A DNA stretch of 64,000 bases from assembly GCA_965153285.1 (NCBI GenBank), contig OZ229112.1; one strand, 5' to 3'. A model generated the notes under the pieces. That model had not been told where the DNA came from, made no database searches, and saw only the letters and a list, made by a program, of their open reading frames with translations. Numbering within the stretch: position 1 is the stretch's first letter; every line of letters starts with the position of its first letter. The stretch comes from Podarcis tiliguerta (Eukaryota). Positions 21,791 to 35,500 of this stretch are shown here, piece by piece. Made by a program: the position numbers and the translations under genes.

Positions 21791-23089
21791 CACAATCCTA
21801 TGCATGAAAATTCCTACTGATCAAGCTTACTCCCAACCAAATACCCACATGATTGCAGTGTTAATCAGGTTATAATTTCAGCTCATTGTATCAGTAGAGA
21901 AAAGACTGAAGATTCCATTTAGTTAGAGCCTTGCAGGGGCTTGAAGAAGAGGATCTACAGAATTTGTTAGCTGCTACAAAGACAGATGCTTCAAGATCCA
22001 AGCAGAAGAAACCAACTGTGATACCTTCTGCAAGAAATGAGGCAAGGAACTCAGAATGTGAGGGCAAATTGCCCTCAGGAGCAGTCCCCAAAGCACCTAA
22101 CCTACTGGAAGCAGTTCTACAAGAAGAGTTTATGAAGCCAGTTCACCCCCAGCTTGAGGACATCTCATTGTCAGCCTCAGAGGCCCCAGAGCAACCAAGA
22201 TCTCTCCATCTTCATTGTATTTAGTGCCTACTGGAGAAGAGTGGCTCTATTAAATAAAGGGGCACCTTTCAGTAGAGATGGAGCTAGCTACTGAACTGCA
22301 GCTCCTATATGAGACAGCCCACTAGGAGCTGCTGCTGAAGGAAGCAACATCTGAGTTCTGCTCTCTTGCATTATTCAACCTGACCCTCATCTACATCCAG
22401 GTAGCTCAGTGTTAACTGAGTCTGTGAAACAGGAGTTGCTCTAAAAAGTAAGGATACAATGCAGAGTTAAACCTGAGGCACAATCCCATAGAGGTCCAGG
22501 ACCATCAACATGGGCAGTTGAGCAGACACAGCACCTCAAGTCTGCTTCTCTTTGGTACTTTGCTTGCTGATTGCAGCATCTGGGCTTAATGAGGCATGTG
22601 ACCCTCACCTGCTCCAAGCCTATTCCAGTTGAGGAATCACACACTTCCTCCCAGAGCTAGCGAGCCCCACCTGGCCAGCTAGAGACCTGGGCTGTGGGCC
22701 CTTGTGTGGCTCTGCCTTCTGGCTCCTGCCTGCTGCTCCCTATGCCTCAGAGCCCACTGTGGTGATGGAGACAGGGGCCCCTTTGGCTCTGGTGATGGGT
22801 CCTGTGCACTGATCTCCAAGCCCTTGCCATCCTCCATCACTCTGTGAGTACTTCTTTCCCCATCCCCAGCTCGCCCTGATGTGTCCCGGTCCCAGCTACA
22901 CCCCTAGCTGAGATCCTCTACCTCCTCTTTCTCCCTCCCCCTCCCCCCATTGTCCTGCCAGTTCATGCCATTGTGCTACTCAAAAGGCCTTGGTTTGTGG
23001 CCCATCAAACTGATGTAGAAATGTTGCTATCTGATTAGATACTTGATTATTGATATTAGATTCTGTACATTTTGCAAGTGTTGCTGGTC

Positions 23090-23975
23090 TCAGCAGCAAA
23101 TTGAATGTTCTGACACAGCTTTAGCCAGTAGTCACGGGCACATCATCTGGCAATCCACTGGGCACAGCCCCTTGCCTTTCTCAGTGCAACAAGTGTCTTC
23201 TCACAGGGTGCATGCTTGTAGTTCACAAGAGCCTCACGCTTTGCAGCAATAACAGATTCCATGTCCTTTATGCCAGTCTCAAACCAGTCAGGGATCTGTT
23301 GCTCTCTTTTGCTAAAGGAGGTTGTCTCTCTTTTATGTTTTGACTGTATCCCTCTCTGGGGTAGTTCAGTAGAGTTTGTTCAATGGAATCAGCATTTGGG
23401 TATGAATGGCAGTGTTGATTCAAGACCGCACTTTCTTTGGCTGGAGATGGATCCTGCTCACCACCAGAGAGTGATCCATGTTGCAGTCGGCATTGTGGTG
23501 TGGCTCTGTGTGACATTAACCCAGTTCAGTGCCGATCACCTGGTGACAATCAAGTCCAGCTGGTGCTAGTGGCCTGACCTTGGATGTCTTCAGGGACTCA
23601 GTGTGTTGTCTTGGTAGAGAAGAATATGTTTGTGATGCAGAGGCTATGATAGGAGCACAGCTCAAGCATCCGTCCATTCTCATTCATGCTGCCAATACCA
23701 AAGTGGCCTATGCAGTTCTCTCATGTATGATGATCGTATCCAACTCTGGCACTGAAATGTCCCAGCAGCAATAGGTGTTCACAGCCTGAGACTCTCTTGA
23801 CAGCCTGACCTATTTTCCCATAGAACTGGTCCTTGGGCTGTACGCCAGAGCACATAGTGGAAGTATAGATACTCAAGATGTTACCTGACTGGAGGTGGTT
23901 GAGAAGCAGGGGGGAAAACAAGCATTCTGAGCCCTCAGTCAGTGGTTCTGTCGTAGACAGAAGGGATATCTGGAA
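23090..23975 (-). mobile_element. Degenerate RTE-clade LINE fragment (AP endonuclease domain)
   Basis: Remnants SIYTST..KDQFY, LLLLGHFSARVG (GDFNA box), HQLDLIV and ADCNMDHSLVV (SDH box), spread over several frames. Confidence 0.7.
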
Positions 23976-26900
23976 AGGGCAAAGTGGCCAGCAGCTTCAA
24001 TATATGGGCCTGATAATAAAGCAGCACTGGATTTAGGGATTCACCAGCACAAGGCAACAAGCCAAGGGGATAAAAAAATGAGAAGATCCATTTGGGGGTG
24101 CCAAATCTGGCCTCTCACAGGGTGCCATATTAGTCCACCCCTGTAGTAAAGAACTCTGGTTGGTGTGCTTGGCGCATAGGACTATGTCTAGAGAAGAGTT
24201 TTAAGTAGATTTAGGCATTTAGGTAAAGGGGGTAAGTGCAGATGCTTTTTCCAAGTTAAAGCATGTATGGTGGAGCTGTAACAGTCTTAACTGGGACACA
24301 TTATCTTTTGATGATTCTGCAAGAGTACCCCTTTGTTTTGCACTGCTGAAAGTTATGAAGTCAAGAAGTGTAGGCAACTCAGTTGCTGAACAGCAGTCCT
24401 GATCTGCTCTGGTAGCTCCACATATTATGTAGTGTATGAAATTCACATAACCAGAAAAGTTATATAACAATGTAAGCCAAGTTCATGGTGCAGAACCCAA
24501 GATGTAGAATCCCTGGCACCTGTAATTTTTAGTTCCATCATTCCCTGGGGAAAAAACTGTCTTCATCTGAGAGCTTTCAAATTCATTTGGTGAACTACTA
24601 GCTTTTTGAATTCAAAAGCTATCTTCTGTGATATGTTAATTCTCAGCAAGAGGTCTCCATTCTGGAAAGAACTGAGGCAGGAACTGTCTGCATATTGTCA
24701 CTTGGGCAAGCCTAAGGTTAGCTCTCTGATGTTATCAGTTAATTTTTTTCCCTGCACTTTCATTCATCTCATTTTTAGAGGCATGAAGAGCTCATCACTG
24801 TTATGAAAATAGATCTGCAACAAGCATTTGGTCAAAAAGCCAAAATGGAAGGTCTCCTGAATCAAAGCTGGTTCATGGGGCAAAGTGGTGGAGAGGCTCA
24901 ACACATTCATCAAGTCTTTGTATGGTGGATAAATTTTGGGATCCAGGCATTTGAGTGCCAGTGGGAAATAACAGCAGCAACAACATCTTTCAGTACAATC
25001 TGGAGGAAAGTGCTGAAAGTATGTCAGAAGCACATATCAAATCTTGGCACCCACTGGCTTCTCTACTGCCAGGGTGGGGGGCAATTTTGGCATGTAGGCA
25101 GTTAAACCTGAACATGGTGAAGCTAGATTTGTCAGGGGATATGTGTTTTCTAATATCTCTCTCTGGGTGTGCCCTCTTTTCCTAAATCAGAACTGATCCA
25201 TGCATTACCCCACCAACACCTGGCCCCAGTTCTCTTTTCAGAGTCTTAGATTGCAATCTTATACACACTTCATGGGAATGATCTCTATGAAGTTTACTTC
25301 TGAGTGTGTAGGACAGAGCAATCAATGTCCATATGAAAGGATAACATGTAGGTGTTTCATGGAACATTTTTCGGAAACCTCTGCCTTAGTACACTTCAAA
25401 ATGCATTTGATTAGATGGCCTTGTAGACAAGGCACTCCTATACAGTATTCAATGGGAACTTCCATATAACTGAAGAATTACGAATCCCATAGACAAGACT
25501 GAATACTCTCTTCAGGTCCCACTTAATTATTGTCGGGGGATGGAGATGCCATTAAGAAACTTGAATGGATAGACTTACTAGCATGAGCTCTGTATCAGAG
25601 TTTTATCACAGAGGTTTCTGAAAACTTATATTTACTCCATTTTCATTTTCTTTGTGAGAAAGGAAAACTATTACACAAACTTCATTTGCATAGGAAAGGG
25701 TTGGCAAATATAGCATCTGAATAGTAAGTTGCTGCTAGGGAGAAACAGTAGATCTCTGTGTGGGTTTTTTTGTTTGTGTAAATTATACTAATTAAAATTA
25801 GAACTTCCAACATTAAAATTTCTTGCAGCTGTGTAGTGTTAGCTGCTATTGTTAACAGGCATGGAAATCCTCCAAGAGAGGGCACCAAGAATTGCTCATG
25901 ATCTGAACACCCACGCAGTCTTGTCACATTGGAAGTGTTGCAGACAGCATAACTAATAAAGTTATTGTGCTCTTTTGAAAGAATAATAGCATGCTTGAAG
26001 AGAGCATATTAACCCTGTTGTAAAGTATTGATTACACTCCGTAGTAAAGGAAATGAAACAACAAAGGCATGGCACTTTTAATTCTTCTTCTATTTTGGTC
26101 TTGCTCGTTTTATTTTGTTTCATTTGCACTTATATTTGAAAACACCAAAAAGGTGACACCCATGACTGCAAAAAAATCGTCTAAACCCTTGTTCAGCATC
26201 ACTTAAGAATGGATGTATGCTGGGTGGACATTGTGCTGTCAATAGGGTTCTAATTCCTTTCCCAGAATAAAACCCTTACAGTACAGATAGCATGTATGAA
26301 AACTATAAACTCAGCATGTGAATTATGAAGAGATGTACCTTCAAATAAGTCCCCAAATCCAAAGATTTCATAGAAGGCCAATCCTACTGAGAAGACTGTG
26401 GCATTCTTCTGGCCAAACCTAAAAACCCCTGTGATTAGTCTTAACTATGCTTTACCAAAGCAAGCCAACTTTGAACGGTGATATGACCAGTTACCGGTAG
26501 GTTCTTTTAATTTGTTTAGGTGTTTAACATAGATGAGACCCAGTACGCCCCGGGGAAAGCATATAGGTGGTTTGCTTTGATAATCCATAGTTCATACAGA
26601 CCACAGTTTAAGGTTCAGATATGCATTAAAACGGAAGTTAATTGAAAATGGCAATGAAAACTTCCAAACTCCTCTGAGTTGTGCCATCCACATAACACCA
26701 GTACTTGTGGCACATTTACCCCAAAGGTTGCCCACTGCTGCTCTAAATCCTTATTGATTTTGAAGTTTGTTGTTTTCCAACATTGTTTGTGTGTCTTGGT
26801 TTGTTTACTTCCCTTCCTGTATGTAACGCTTTACGTTTGTCCTTGCTGAATTTCATTCCACTGTTATTCTACATGAAACATGGTATAATTATTATGGCAG

Positions 26901-28457
26901 CCTCCAAGGGAATACATTAATTCCATACAAGAAAAGCAGCAATGTGCAAGGCAAAGGCGTGTTGTTTCTCTAATGTTTTGCAGATGTTTCGTGCCCATGC
27001 ATAAATACGCACAAATAAATAATGTAATGCTTCTTTATAAAATGGCTCTAAATGAGAATGAACAAACATTGGGGAATACCCTAGAAACTACTTTTTGAAA
27101 TATTTAAGAGGCCTTAACACTTAGCCGTGGCATAGTAAAGCCTTGCCTTTTAATGATTCAGATGGAGATGCAACAGTTTTTTAAAAACTCGACGAAACTA
27201 ATACCAAAGCTATTGGGTTGTCTCCAATATTGTCCTTTTGTTCACTGAGGGCTCTTTCATCCCACAGGGGCATCTGTGAACGGAAAGGGGAAGGAGGCGA
27301 TTTTTGTAAATTCCATCTTTCTCCTGCAGCCCCTCTGCCCCCAGCTCCCACACTGTTCCAGAGAATCCTCCAGTCTTTTATTGCAGATTTGGGGCATGCA
27401 GAGAGAAGGGAGAATCGGCAGAAGTTCCCTCTCTCCACCTTCCCTTCATGGAAACCTCTGCTGGATCACAAAAGCTTCCATAAATGGGATGACAGCATTA
27501 CATACAACTCTTGCATTTTTATTGGTTCAGGTACCGGTCCCCCCCCAAAAAAAGCATACATGGAAAAGTGTTTGAATAATAAGGGAATGATAAATGGCAG
27601 GCATTTTATACCTCATCTATTAGATATAAACCAATATATAAAACTTAAATAATGTTCTCTTTTATTGCTAATGAATATCATTTGCAATCATTCCCGTGTA
27701 GTGATCTGATACTTATAAAACCACTCACCTTTTTCTTAAATGCTGCTTTTAAGTCATGAGTCCTGTAATTGCATTTCCATCGCTTCCTATGAGCAACTGA
27801 AAAGACATTTGGCATCTCATCTGCAAAAACAGCAGATGGAAAAGGGCCTCCTTACGTGCTCGATCAAGAGAATTGCAAGTTTAGGTGGGGGTTTAATAGA
27901 TATCAAGGATTTACTGACGTGCTATAGATTGCATGCCTTCACCCTCACTATTATTTGTGCCTCTATCTTTTAATGGGAATGAAAACAATTACAGAGCTGA
28001 GGAGGTTCGGCTTTTCATTGGGGGTGTCATCCCCATGTACATTCTGGGTGAAAGAATGTATAGCTCAACAAAGTGAATGTAAAAATGACATATTTGCACA
28101 TCAGATAATACCAGTTAAAACAAAAATCTGGGCTTTAAATCTCTTGCCGAGCTGATGAGACGGCTTCCCGGTATCAAACTAGCCCAATATGCTAATGACA
28201 GTTTTATTAAGGCATAAACTTCAGCGATCGCAGCGTGGTACTTTTTCCCAGGGGGATGGCCTCCTGAACCAAACAATTCAATTGAAATACAAAATCTACC
28301 TTACCTAAGCTTAACTGGAGCAATAACCCCAAACTGCAAGCATTGATCCCGCTATCATTTTCCTTGCCCAGGACTTGAGATGGGTGCACAGGAAATCATC
28401 TGTGTTGACTAGCCGATGGGGGGAATGTGTAGGGTTCTGAGGTAGCTTCATCATGTT

Positions 28458-29229
28458 CTTTTTTTTTAATGATCCTTATTGGGTTTATAGATTTTACAAA
28501 TTTCATCATCATAATACAAAATACATACCTTATTCCTTTTAACCTTAATACTTTAACTCTAAACAAGTTTGTACTTCCCTCCCTCCTTCTTCTGGTTTCT
28601 CTATATTTTCTTTATATTTACGCATTTGTCATGTTTACATTCTATGTGTACTTAATACTATGGAATAATACTATTCAAAATTTCATTAAATATACATCCT
28701 TCAATTATTGTAATATTTTTTTTTCAATGTTCTTAAATCCAAAACAAATGATTTTTAAAAAACATTATGAGGTCTATTTCAGTCCTGCAAGTGTCTTTAT
28801 TTGTGTATAGTTCTTTTCTATGTATGTTGTAAATTTCATCCAGTCTCTTTTGAATCCTTCGTCACCCTGTTCTCCGATTTTTCCAGTCAATTTTGCTATT
28901 TCTGCGTACTCCTTGAGTTTCCGCTGCCATTCTTCAACTGTGGGTATTTCATGTTCCTTCCATTTCTGAGCGAGTAGTATTCTCACCGCGGTAGTAGCAT
29001 AAAGGAACAGTTTCGGGCCACTCTTTATTATATCATCTCCAACCATACCTAGCAAGAATGCCTCTGGGGTTTTTTTTGGAAAATATATCTAAAAACCTTT
29101 TTTTAACTCATTATATATATTTTCCCAGAAGGCTAGCAAAGATGTATAGACTGAGAAATAAGAACTGTTGGGAAAGTGAATCGAAGGAAGGAAACTTTTT
29201 CCACATGTGGTGGTTATGTGAAAGAGGTA
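28458..29229 (-). mobile_element. L1-clade LINE 3' fragment with inverted 5' segment
   Basis: Poly(A) at 28458-28467. The - strand carries the ORF2 end (IYNELKK..PEAFLLGM...RILLAQKWK...DWMKF). The upstream zinc-finger segment (PRRLAKMY...CW...GNFFHMWWLCE) lies on the + strand at ~29115-29229. Degenerate TSD gtagcttca at 28442 and 29230. Confidence 0.85.
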
Positions 29230-32200
29230 GTAGCTTCAGCTTGAATGAGGAATCTTGTGGCTTATATCTGGGACCAAACTTACTAAGCTGTTTTGAACTT
29301 TATACATTCCATAGGAGCCAACCCCCCAAGAAAATATTTGAGAGGGCCACCCCTCCCAAAAAAAGTTGATGGACATTGCCATTCAAATGCTGTGTGTACA
29401 CCACATCATGTGATCAGTTATATGGGGGCAGGACTTACCTGGGCTGCCTGTGTCTCGCTTTCCATTCTGCAGCATAGGCTCCATGCCCAGTGTGACTGAG
29501 CCACTTGTGTGTCCCTAAATCTGCCTCTGGCAGGGGAAAAGCTAAACCGGTGTGTATTACTGTTCCCCCATCCTCCAACAAGAGTTTTCACCTCTGCAAA
29601 CTAAAGGGGCCCTACTGTGTGCGACTCTAGATCCAGCCCATAATAAGCTTCTCCTCTCTATTTTTCTTTAGAAAGAAGCACCAGGAAGATAAAAGGAACA
29701 CATTGAATTGTCCAGTATAAAAACATCACCCATTTAAAAATTAATTCTTTAGAAATATCAGGAGTGTAGCTTTTTAGCTCTTAAAAATGCTTTGTAATGA
29801 AACGACTCTTCATAAGATTAAAGCCAAAGTCTTTCTAGCTAATGGTAATCGATTTTTTTCTCTTCCCCCTCACAAAAACTTTCAGGTCTAGCTTGAAGCC
29901 ATAACACTTTCATGTGTTGGCAGGTTGATATTTCTCTCTCAATATGTGCATCTTTAGGTATGGTGAATTTTTTCTCCAAAGAACAGGAAATGTCACATTC
30001 TGCATTCACTGCTGTCAAAATAAAATCTGTGGATACTCAAGCAACTCTTATGAGGCCCAAGCTACATTTTGTGAGGAATCATGGCTTCTTTTGACCTAAG
30101 GGCTGCTCCCCTGCCTCTGAAACAACCTTGAATGGTGTGAAAGCATTATCCTCGAAGTTTCCCTGTCACCTTCCACTGTGTACTACCCAAAAAAAAAAAA
30201 AAAATGTTGCATGCAATGACATCATGTTTTAAACCTGATACTACCAGGGACTTGTGGGCTGTGGTTCAAGGCAGCCATGCATTCCTCATAATATGTAATT
30301 TGGACATTCAGATCCTATCACTCTTCAGTTAGTTTTACCTGCCTCAGTTTTGTCCCTTTGCCTATCCACCGGGGGGCAAAATGTGGACCCCCATCGCAGT
30401 GTTGACTCAGACCTTTCCCCATTTAAATGCATGTGGGTTTAAAAATAAATAAATAAGTGAGTTGGACTAGATGACAAGTTCTGCTAAAAATGGGTGAAAT
30501 TGTCCCAGTACCTCCAGAGCAAATGCCTGTCTTTAGCTTGAGAAAACCCAAATTAAGGAACTCCTTGCAACAAGGAAAACGGGGAAAAATGAATGAGACA
30601 CCAATAAAAATTATATCAGCAATTGCCTGCTGATAATGCAAAACTCTGCCTCCATTTGTGAGCCCTCTGCTCTTGCTTGTGCAATTTTCAACTGTCTCAA
30701 TCCTGGTGGTGGGATTTTTTTGGGGGGGGATATGCTGCAATGTTTTGTGTTAGCTGCCAAGGGTCCAGAGCCCCGTAATACAGACTGTTATTGTCTAAAA
30801 GTCTGAATAATCAAAATTTTCCATAAGGATCATCCCCATCTCTTTATCACTGTGATCAGCCATGGAGATCTTTATCTTTTGTGCGAAACCCGTATCCAGG
30901 TGGTTTGATATATATGTTCCTGCTGGAACCCATGGATCAAATAGATGGGGCTGCATTTAAGATATTTCTAGAGTCTAGACCAATGCTTCAAAAGCCCAAT
31001 GCTTAATGAGCATGCCGTCTCACATATCCTCTAGCCACTGAAATCGACCTTCAGGCAGTCTAGATCAAGATGAGACATGCCAGTGGAGTAGCCTGGGAAA
31101 GACTGCATTTTAACAACCCATTCCATATCTGTTCTGTGAATAAACAGAAGGCTTCAGTCTCTCTGGGATGTCAATCCCAGCACGAAGCAGTATTGCTTTA
31201 TAAAAAGAGGGCCACTGTGATTTAAGAAGGGTTGTAAATCTCAACTATTTTTCCCCCCTTATATAAAAGAGCAAAGGAGCAATGTCAAATTACCATACCC
31301 ATATTTAGAATTCTATTTTCATTCAGAGGCCATGAATAAAGCTATAAAAGCTGATTTGGAGAGTGGAAGAGTTCAGGAAGTTTGTTACAGGAGAGCAGAA
31401 TATGAAACATTTAGATTTCTTTGGGAGATACGGTGGTTGATAACAAGTTTCTATCCACGGCTGCCCTGAAGAGAGGTAGGATTCACAAAGCAAGGTAGCC
31501 CAGCCCTCTGTGCCATCCATCAAATGCTCACTTTGTGACAATCACGAAAACTTTGAACACAGCTGGATTAGAAGATCACAAGCCTCCCTCTGCAATCCAT
31601 TCACATTGCCAGGCACTCCGCCTCCTCTGTAGCAAAGCAACAAAGCACGAAAACAAAAACACAGTTCCAAACTGAGACGAAATACTACCTGGAATTAATG
31701 GAAGCTTATTGTGGATTTAGACAGCCAGCATCACCCAGTAGCTATTGTTTTCTGAATCCACCATGTGAAGGGAATCAAGTGGAATTAAGTTGTCTGAAGG
31801 TGTCTAATATATGATAATCCTCATAGCCAACACTCACTGGGCTGCTTACATTTTTTTGCTATCTTCCCAACGACCTTTGTCAACAGAAATAGCCACCCAT
31901 TGACAACTTGAGTTTTACTTGTTCCACAAATGGACTACAAAAGCAAGTGTATTTGGGATAGGGTGTCCAAATACACCCTCCCTCTTGTTTCTATCTGGGC
32001 CAATCCCACAGTCAGTTTTTCCCCATGACAAAAGTTGAACTCATTTTCAGGATCTCATTCTCAGTAGCTTATTACCATAAAATGAGTAGTAAAAAGTTGC
32101 TTTGGAGTGGGAAATATTGCTGTGCAATTTTATCCTGACAGTGAGTGTGCACAGAAGTTTTGAAGAAAGGCAGATGAATATTTAGTGTACACCCCACTCA

Positions 32201-32309
32201 TAGATTTATCTTCCAGAAGGAGAAAAGCTCCAATGCAGGCAGATCAGTTCTGCAGTCTGATGCCAGAAGATGCATTTCCAGCTGACACTGTAAGGTATCT
32301 GTTTTGGGG

Positions 32310-32545
32310 CTCTTGTTTTATTGGAGGTACATGATTCTCATGGAGGATAAAGTTATCAATGGCTACTAGTTATGGTAGCTATTGGGGCACTATGCCTCTA
32401 AATGCCATTTGCTGGGACTCGCAGGTAGATGAGTATTTAATATGTTCATGTCTTGCTTGCAAGCTTCCCAGTTGGCCACTGTGAGAACAGAATGCTGGAC
32501 TAAATAGGGCCTTCAGACTGAGCCAGTAGGATTCTTCTTATCTTC
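32310..32545 (+). mobile_element. Old CR1 3' fragment
   Basis: atggaggataaagttatcaatggctactag...gttggccactgtgagaacagaatgctggacta...ttcttat, a CR1 3' UTR pattern. Confidence 0.65.
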
Positions 32546-35500
32546 TCCTGCTTCATACTTACAGCTTAGCATAGAAGCATCAGATTGAGAATGCAGGAAG
32601 CTAGTACTGAAATTAATTCTGCCCCAGTATTCCCCTAAAAATCATCCTCTGTGAATTTTGATGGGGTATTTATCATGTGATCTCTTGAGTTTCAATTATT
32701 TGGATATTTGCCAAATATTCTGTGAACGTTCGACATCTGCACATTTTACACTGGCTCATATTGGTATTTTAGTATTTGGCAGTATTTGATTGTTGGTTGG
32801 TGATATCCCTTGAAAATTTGGCTATATTTGATACCAATGAAGGCAATGTCATTTGCTTCTATTGTAATATAATGATATTGTTTTAGAACTGACACCTGCC
32901 AAGCATCAAAGCAATCAAGAGGTGGCAAAATATCTAAAGCACTTGGCATTCAAATTGACAAATGGCTGTCAGTGGTAATTTTTTTCAAATCGGAAATAGA
33001 TGGTGGCAGCCAAGCTGCAAATGCAGAAATGACAGAAAACATTACTCGTTTGAAAGGGTTTCCACATGGTCAAGGGGCAGCAGGGTTGTGCTGCCAGTAC
33101 TGCTCTTGTGGTTGAATGGCTTCCCCTAGATGTTTGCATAGGTAAAACCTATGTGCATAGATGTCCCTGAGCTGGGACATTGATCCTTTGGGATTCCAAT
33201 TACTGCAGAAGTCTATACATGTAAGTTTCACCCATTATAAGCATCCACGCCTAATGCATGGACATTCGTGGTGGGGCCAGGGGAAGTTGCCTAAGCTAAG
33301 GGAGGGACCAGCAGTGCAGTCTGCTGCATCATGATCATGTGGTGCCCCCTTCATGTGACTAATATGTGAAAGGAACTTGGGTTTAGAGTAATTCTGATAA
33401 AGTCAATGAAATTGTATCACAAATACATAAGAAGTGGCCTTGTACCATCTGAACATTGGTCCATCTCACCCAGTATTGTCTACACCAGGGTTGGGGAGCC
33501 TGTAGCCTTCTAGATTTTGCTGGACTGTCATTCCCATAATCCCTGACCTTTGGCCATATTGGCTGACGAAAGGTGAAGCCCAAAGACACCTGGAGTGTCA
33601 TAGACTCTCCACCTGTGTCTACTGTGTCCCTCCAGAGTTTCAGATGGTTCTTTCCCAATCCAGTTGGGGATTGAGCGTGGAACCTTCTGCATGGAAAGTA
33701 AGTGCCGTTCCACTGAGATACAGCTCTTCTCCAAGTAAGTTTCCAGAAGACTACCATTCATCTGTCTTAAGGTGTTGGTGCTTTTATGCTTCTGGTGCTC
33801 ATTTAAGGCTGCAATTCTATGCACGCTTTTCTGGGAGAAAGTCCCATTGAAGTCAATGGGGTTTACCTTATGGAGTAGAAATATATAGGTAAACACAGAG
33901 CTTTTTTTTCAGCTGGAGCTCACTGAAGCTCAGCTCTGGCGCCTCTCAGGTGGGTGCCATTGCCATTCTAAGAGACCAAGGGAGAGGTTTGTGGTGAACT
34001 CCAGCGCCTCTTTTTCTATTTTATTTTTTTAAATAGCACTGGGTAGATGGTAAATCAGGATCCACTGGTTCTATGATTTTACTAGATCAGCATGAAGTTT
34101 TGACTCCCAAGTGTTGGACAACAGCAACAACAAAACTATTAGGCTGCTGAAATGAAGAAAACTAAACAAGAATGGACTTTGTGAAGAAAGGACTGTGATC
34201 TGAGCTCGGTTCTGGTGCCAAAAAGAAACTCCTGGTCTCAGAATGTGCTCAAAGCCACATTGCTCTTTAATTCTTCCTGTAAGTCCAATAGCACCAGACT
34301 CTCGTTGGTAGACCTTGGGGGATCTTGTAAAGAAACAATAACAGCAGCACAATGAGGTCCAAGAAGCCTGAAGTCTGCCCACCTTGATCAGTCTTCATCT
34401 GTCTGATTTCTTACCACCTGTCCAGGGGGTAGCACTGCCTTCAGGCTGTGTCCTCCTTAGTGCAACTCAGCAAGGAGGAGGACCAAGATGACAACAACAA
34501 AACTAGAATTAGCTGGATCTGCCAGTCATTGGTTCTGGCTCCACTCCATGTTGGTCTCCCACTCTGCCAGTTCCGGTGGGCACCAGCGCCACTGCCCTGA
34601 TTTACAGGACTGTGCTATTAATGAATCTTTGGGCCAATAAATGTTTGCAATATTATGACCTTTGCATAGGTACAGGTGCTAGTGAGCATGTTATTTTTCT
34701 TTGTATCCATAATTTCCAAGTAATCATTCTCAGCAGAAAAGAGAAAGAACGGTTTTAAAGGAAGTTTCCCAAGAACCCCACTGGTCTTGCTCAGCAGGAC
34801 TGCACTTTTCAACAGCATTCACTTCATTCTGCCTTTGCTAAAGACAATTTTATTACTCAGTCTCCAATAGTATTGACCTTGACTCTGTTGTTTTCATCCT
34901 TATTATTGAAAGTGTTCATCAGGTTATACTTTAAAAGGAAGAAAGTCTGGTACTCCAAGCAAAAAAAGGAAAGCTGCAGGTAACAGGTAGCTTAAAGTCT
35001 ATTTTTTTTCTTAAGGGAAGTATTGCACACAAAGTGTTAAAAAAAACTAATTGCATATTTTTAAATATGCCCATGACATGCTGATGTGTTGTGACTGAGG
35101 GTGAATCACTTCCAATCCCAGAATAGACGAAGAAGGCAATAGCATAATTGAGCAAAAATAAGTTTTCTGGTAATAAATGTGCATGAATTCTCTCTCACAC
35201 ACACACACCTCTGCAAAATGTCGCTTTTTAAAAAAAATGACAACCACATTCTGAAAAGTAAATGTAAGAATATTTCAATCAGATCCTGTGCTTGATACTA
35301 AATTTCAGATTTATTGTAAATTAATTACAGCAAATAAGGATGGGTAGAGTTTCAAATGATCAGTTTCAAACCTTTCCAATATTTAAACAGAAAATATGGC
35401 AGGGTACAGTTGGGAGAAGAATGATATTGTCATTTGAGAGAAAGGCACTATGACCCAAAAAGGAGTTGGTTCTTCTTCACCCACAAAGAACACCTGCTTT

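Noticed and set aside
21888-22975. ORF 21931-22224 and the GC-rich stretch 22640-22970 as a gene or LTRs
   Set aside because: No recognisable homology, and I could not define TG..CA termini or TSDs. Possibly old LTR remnants.
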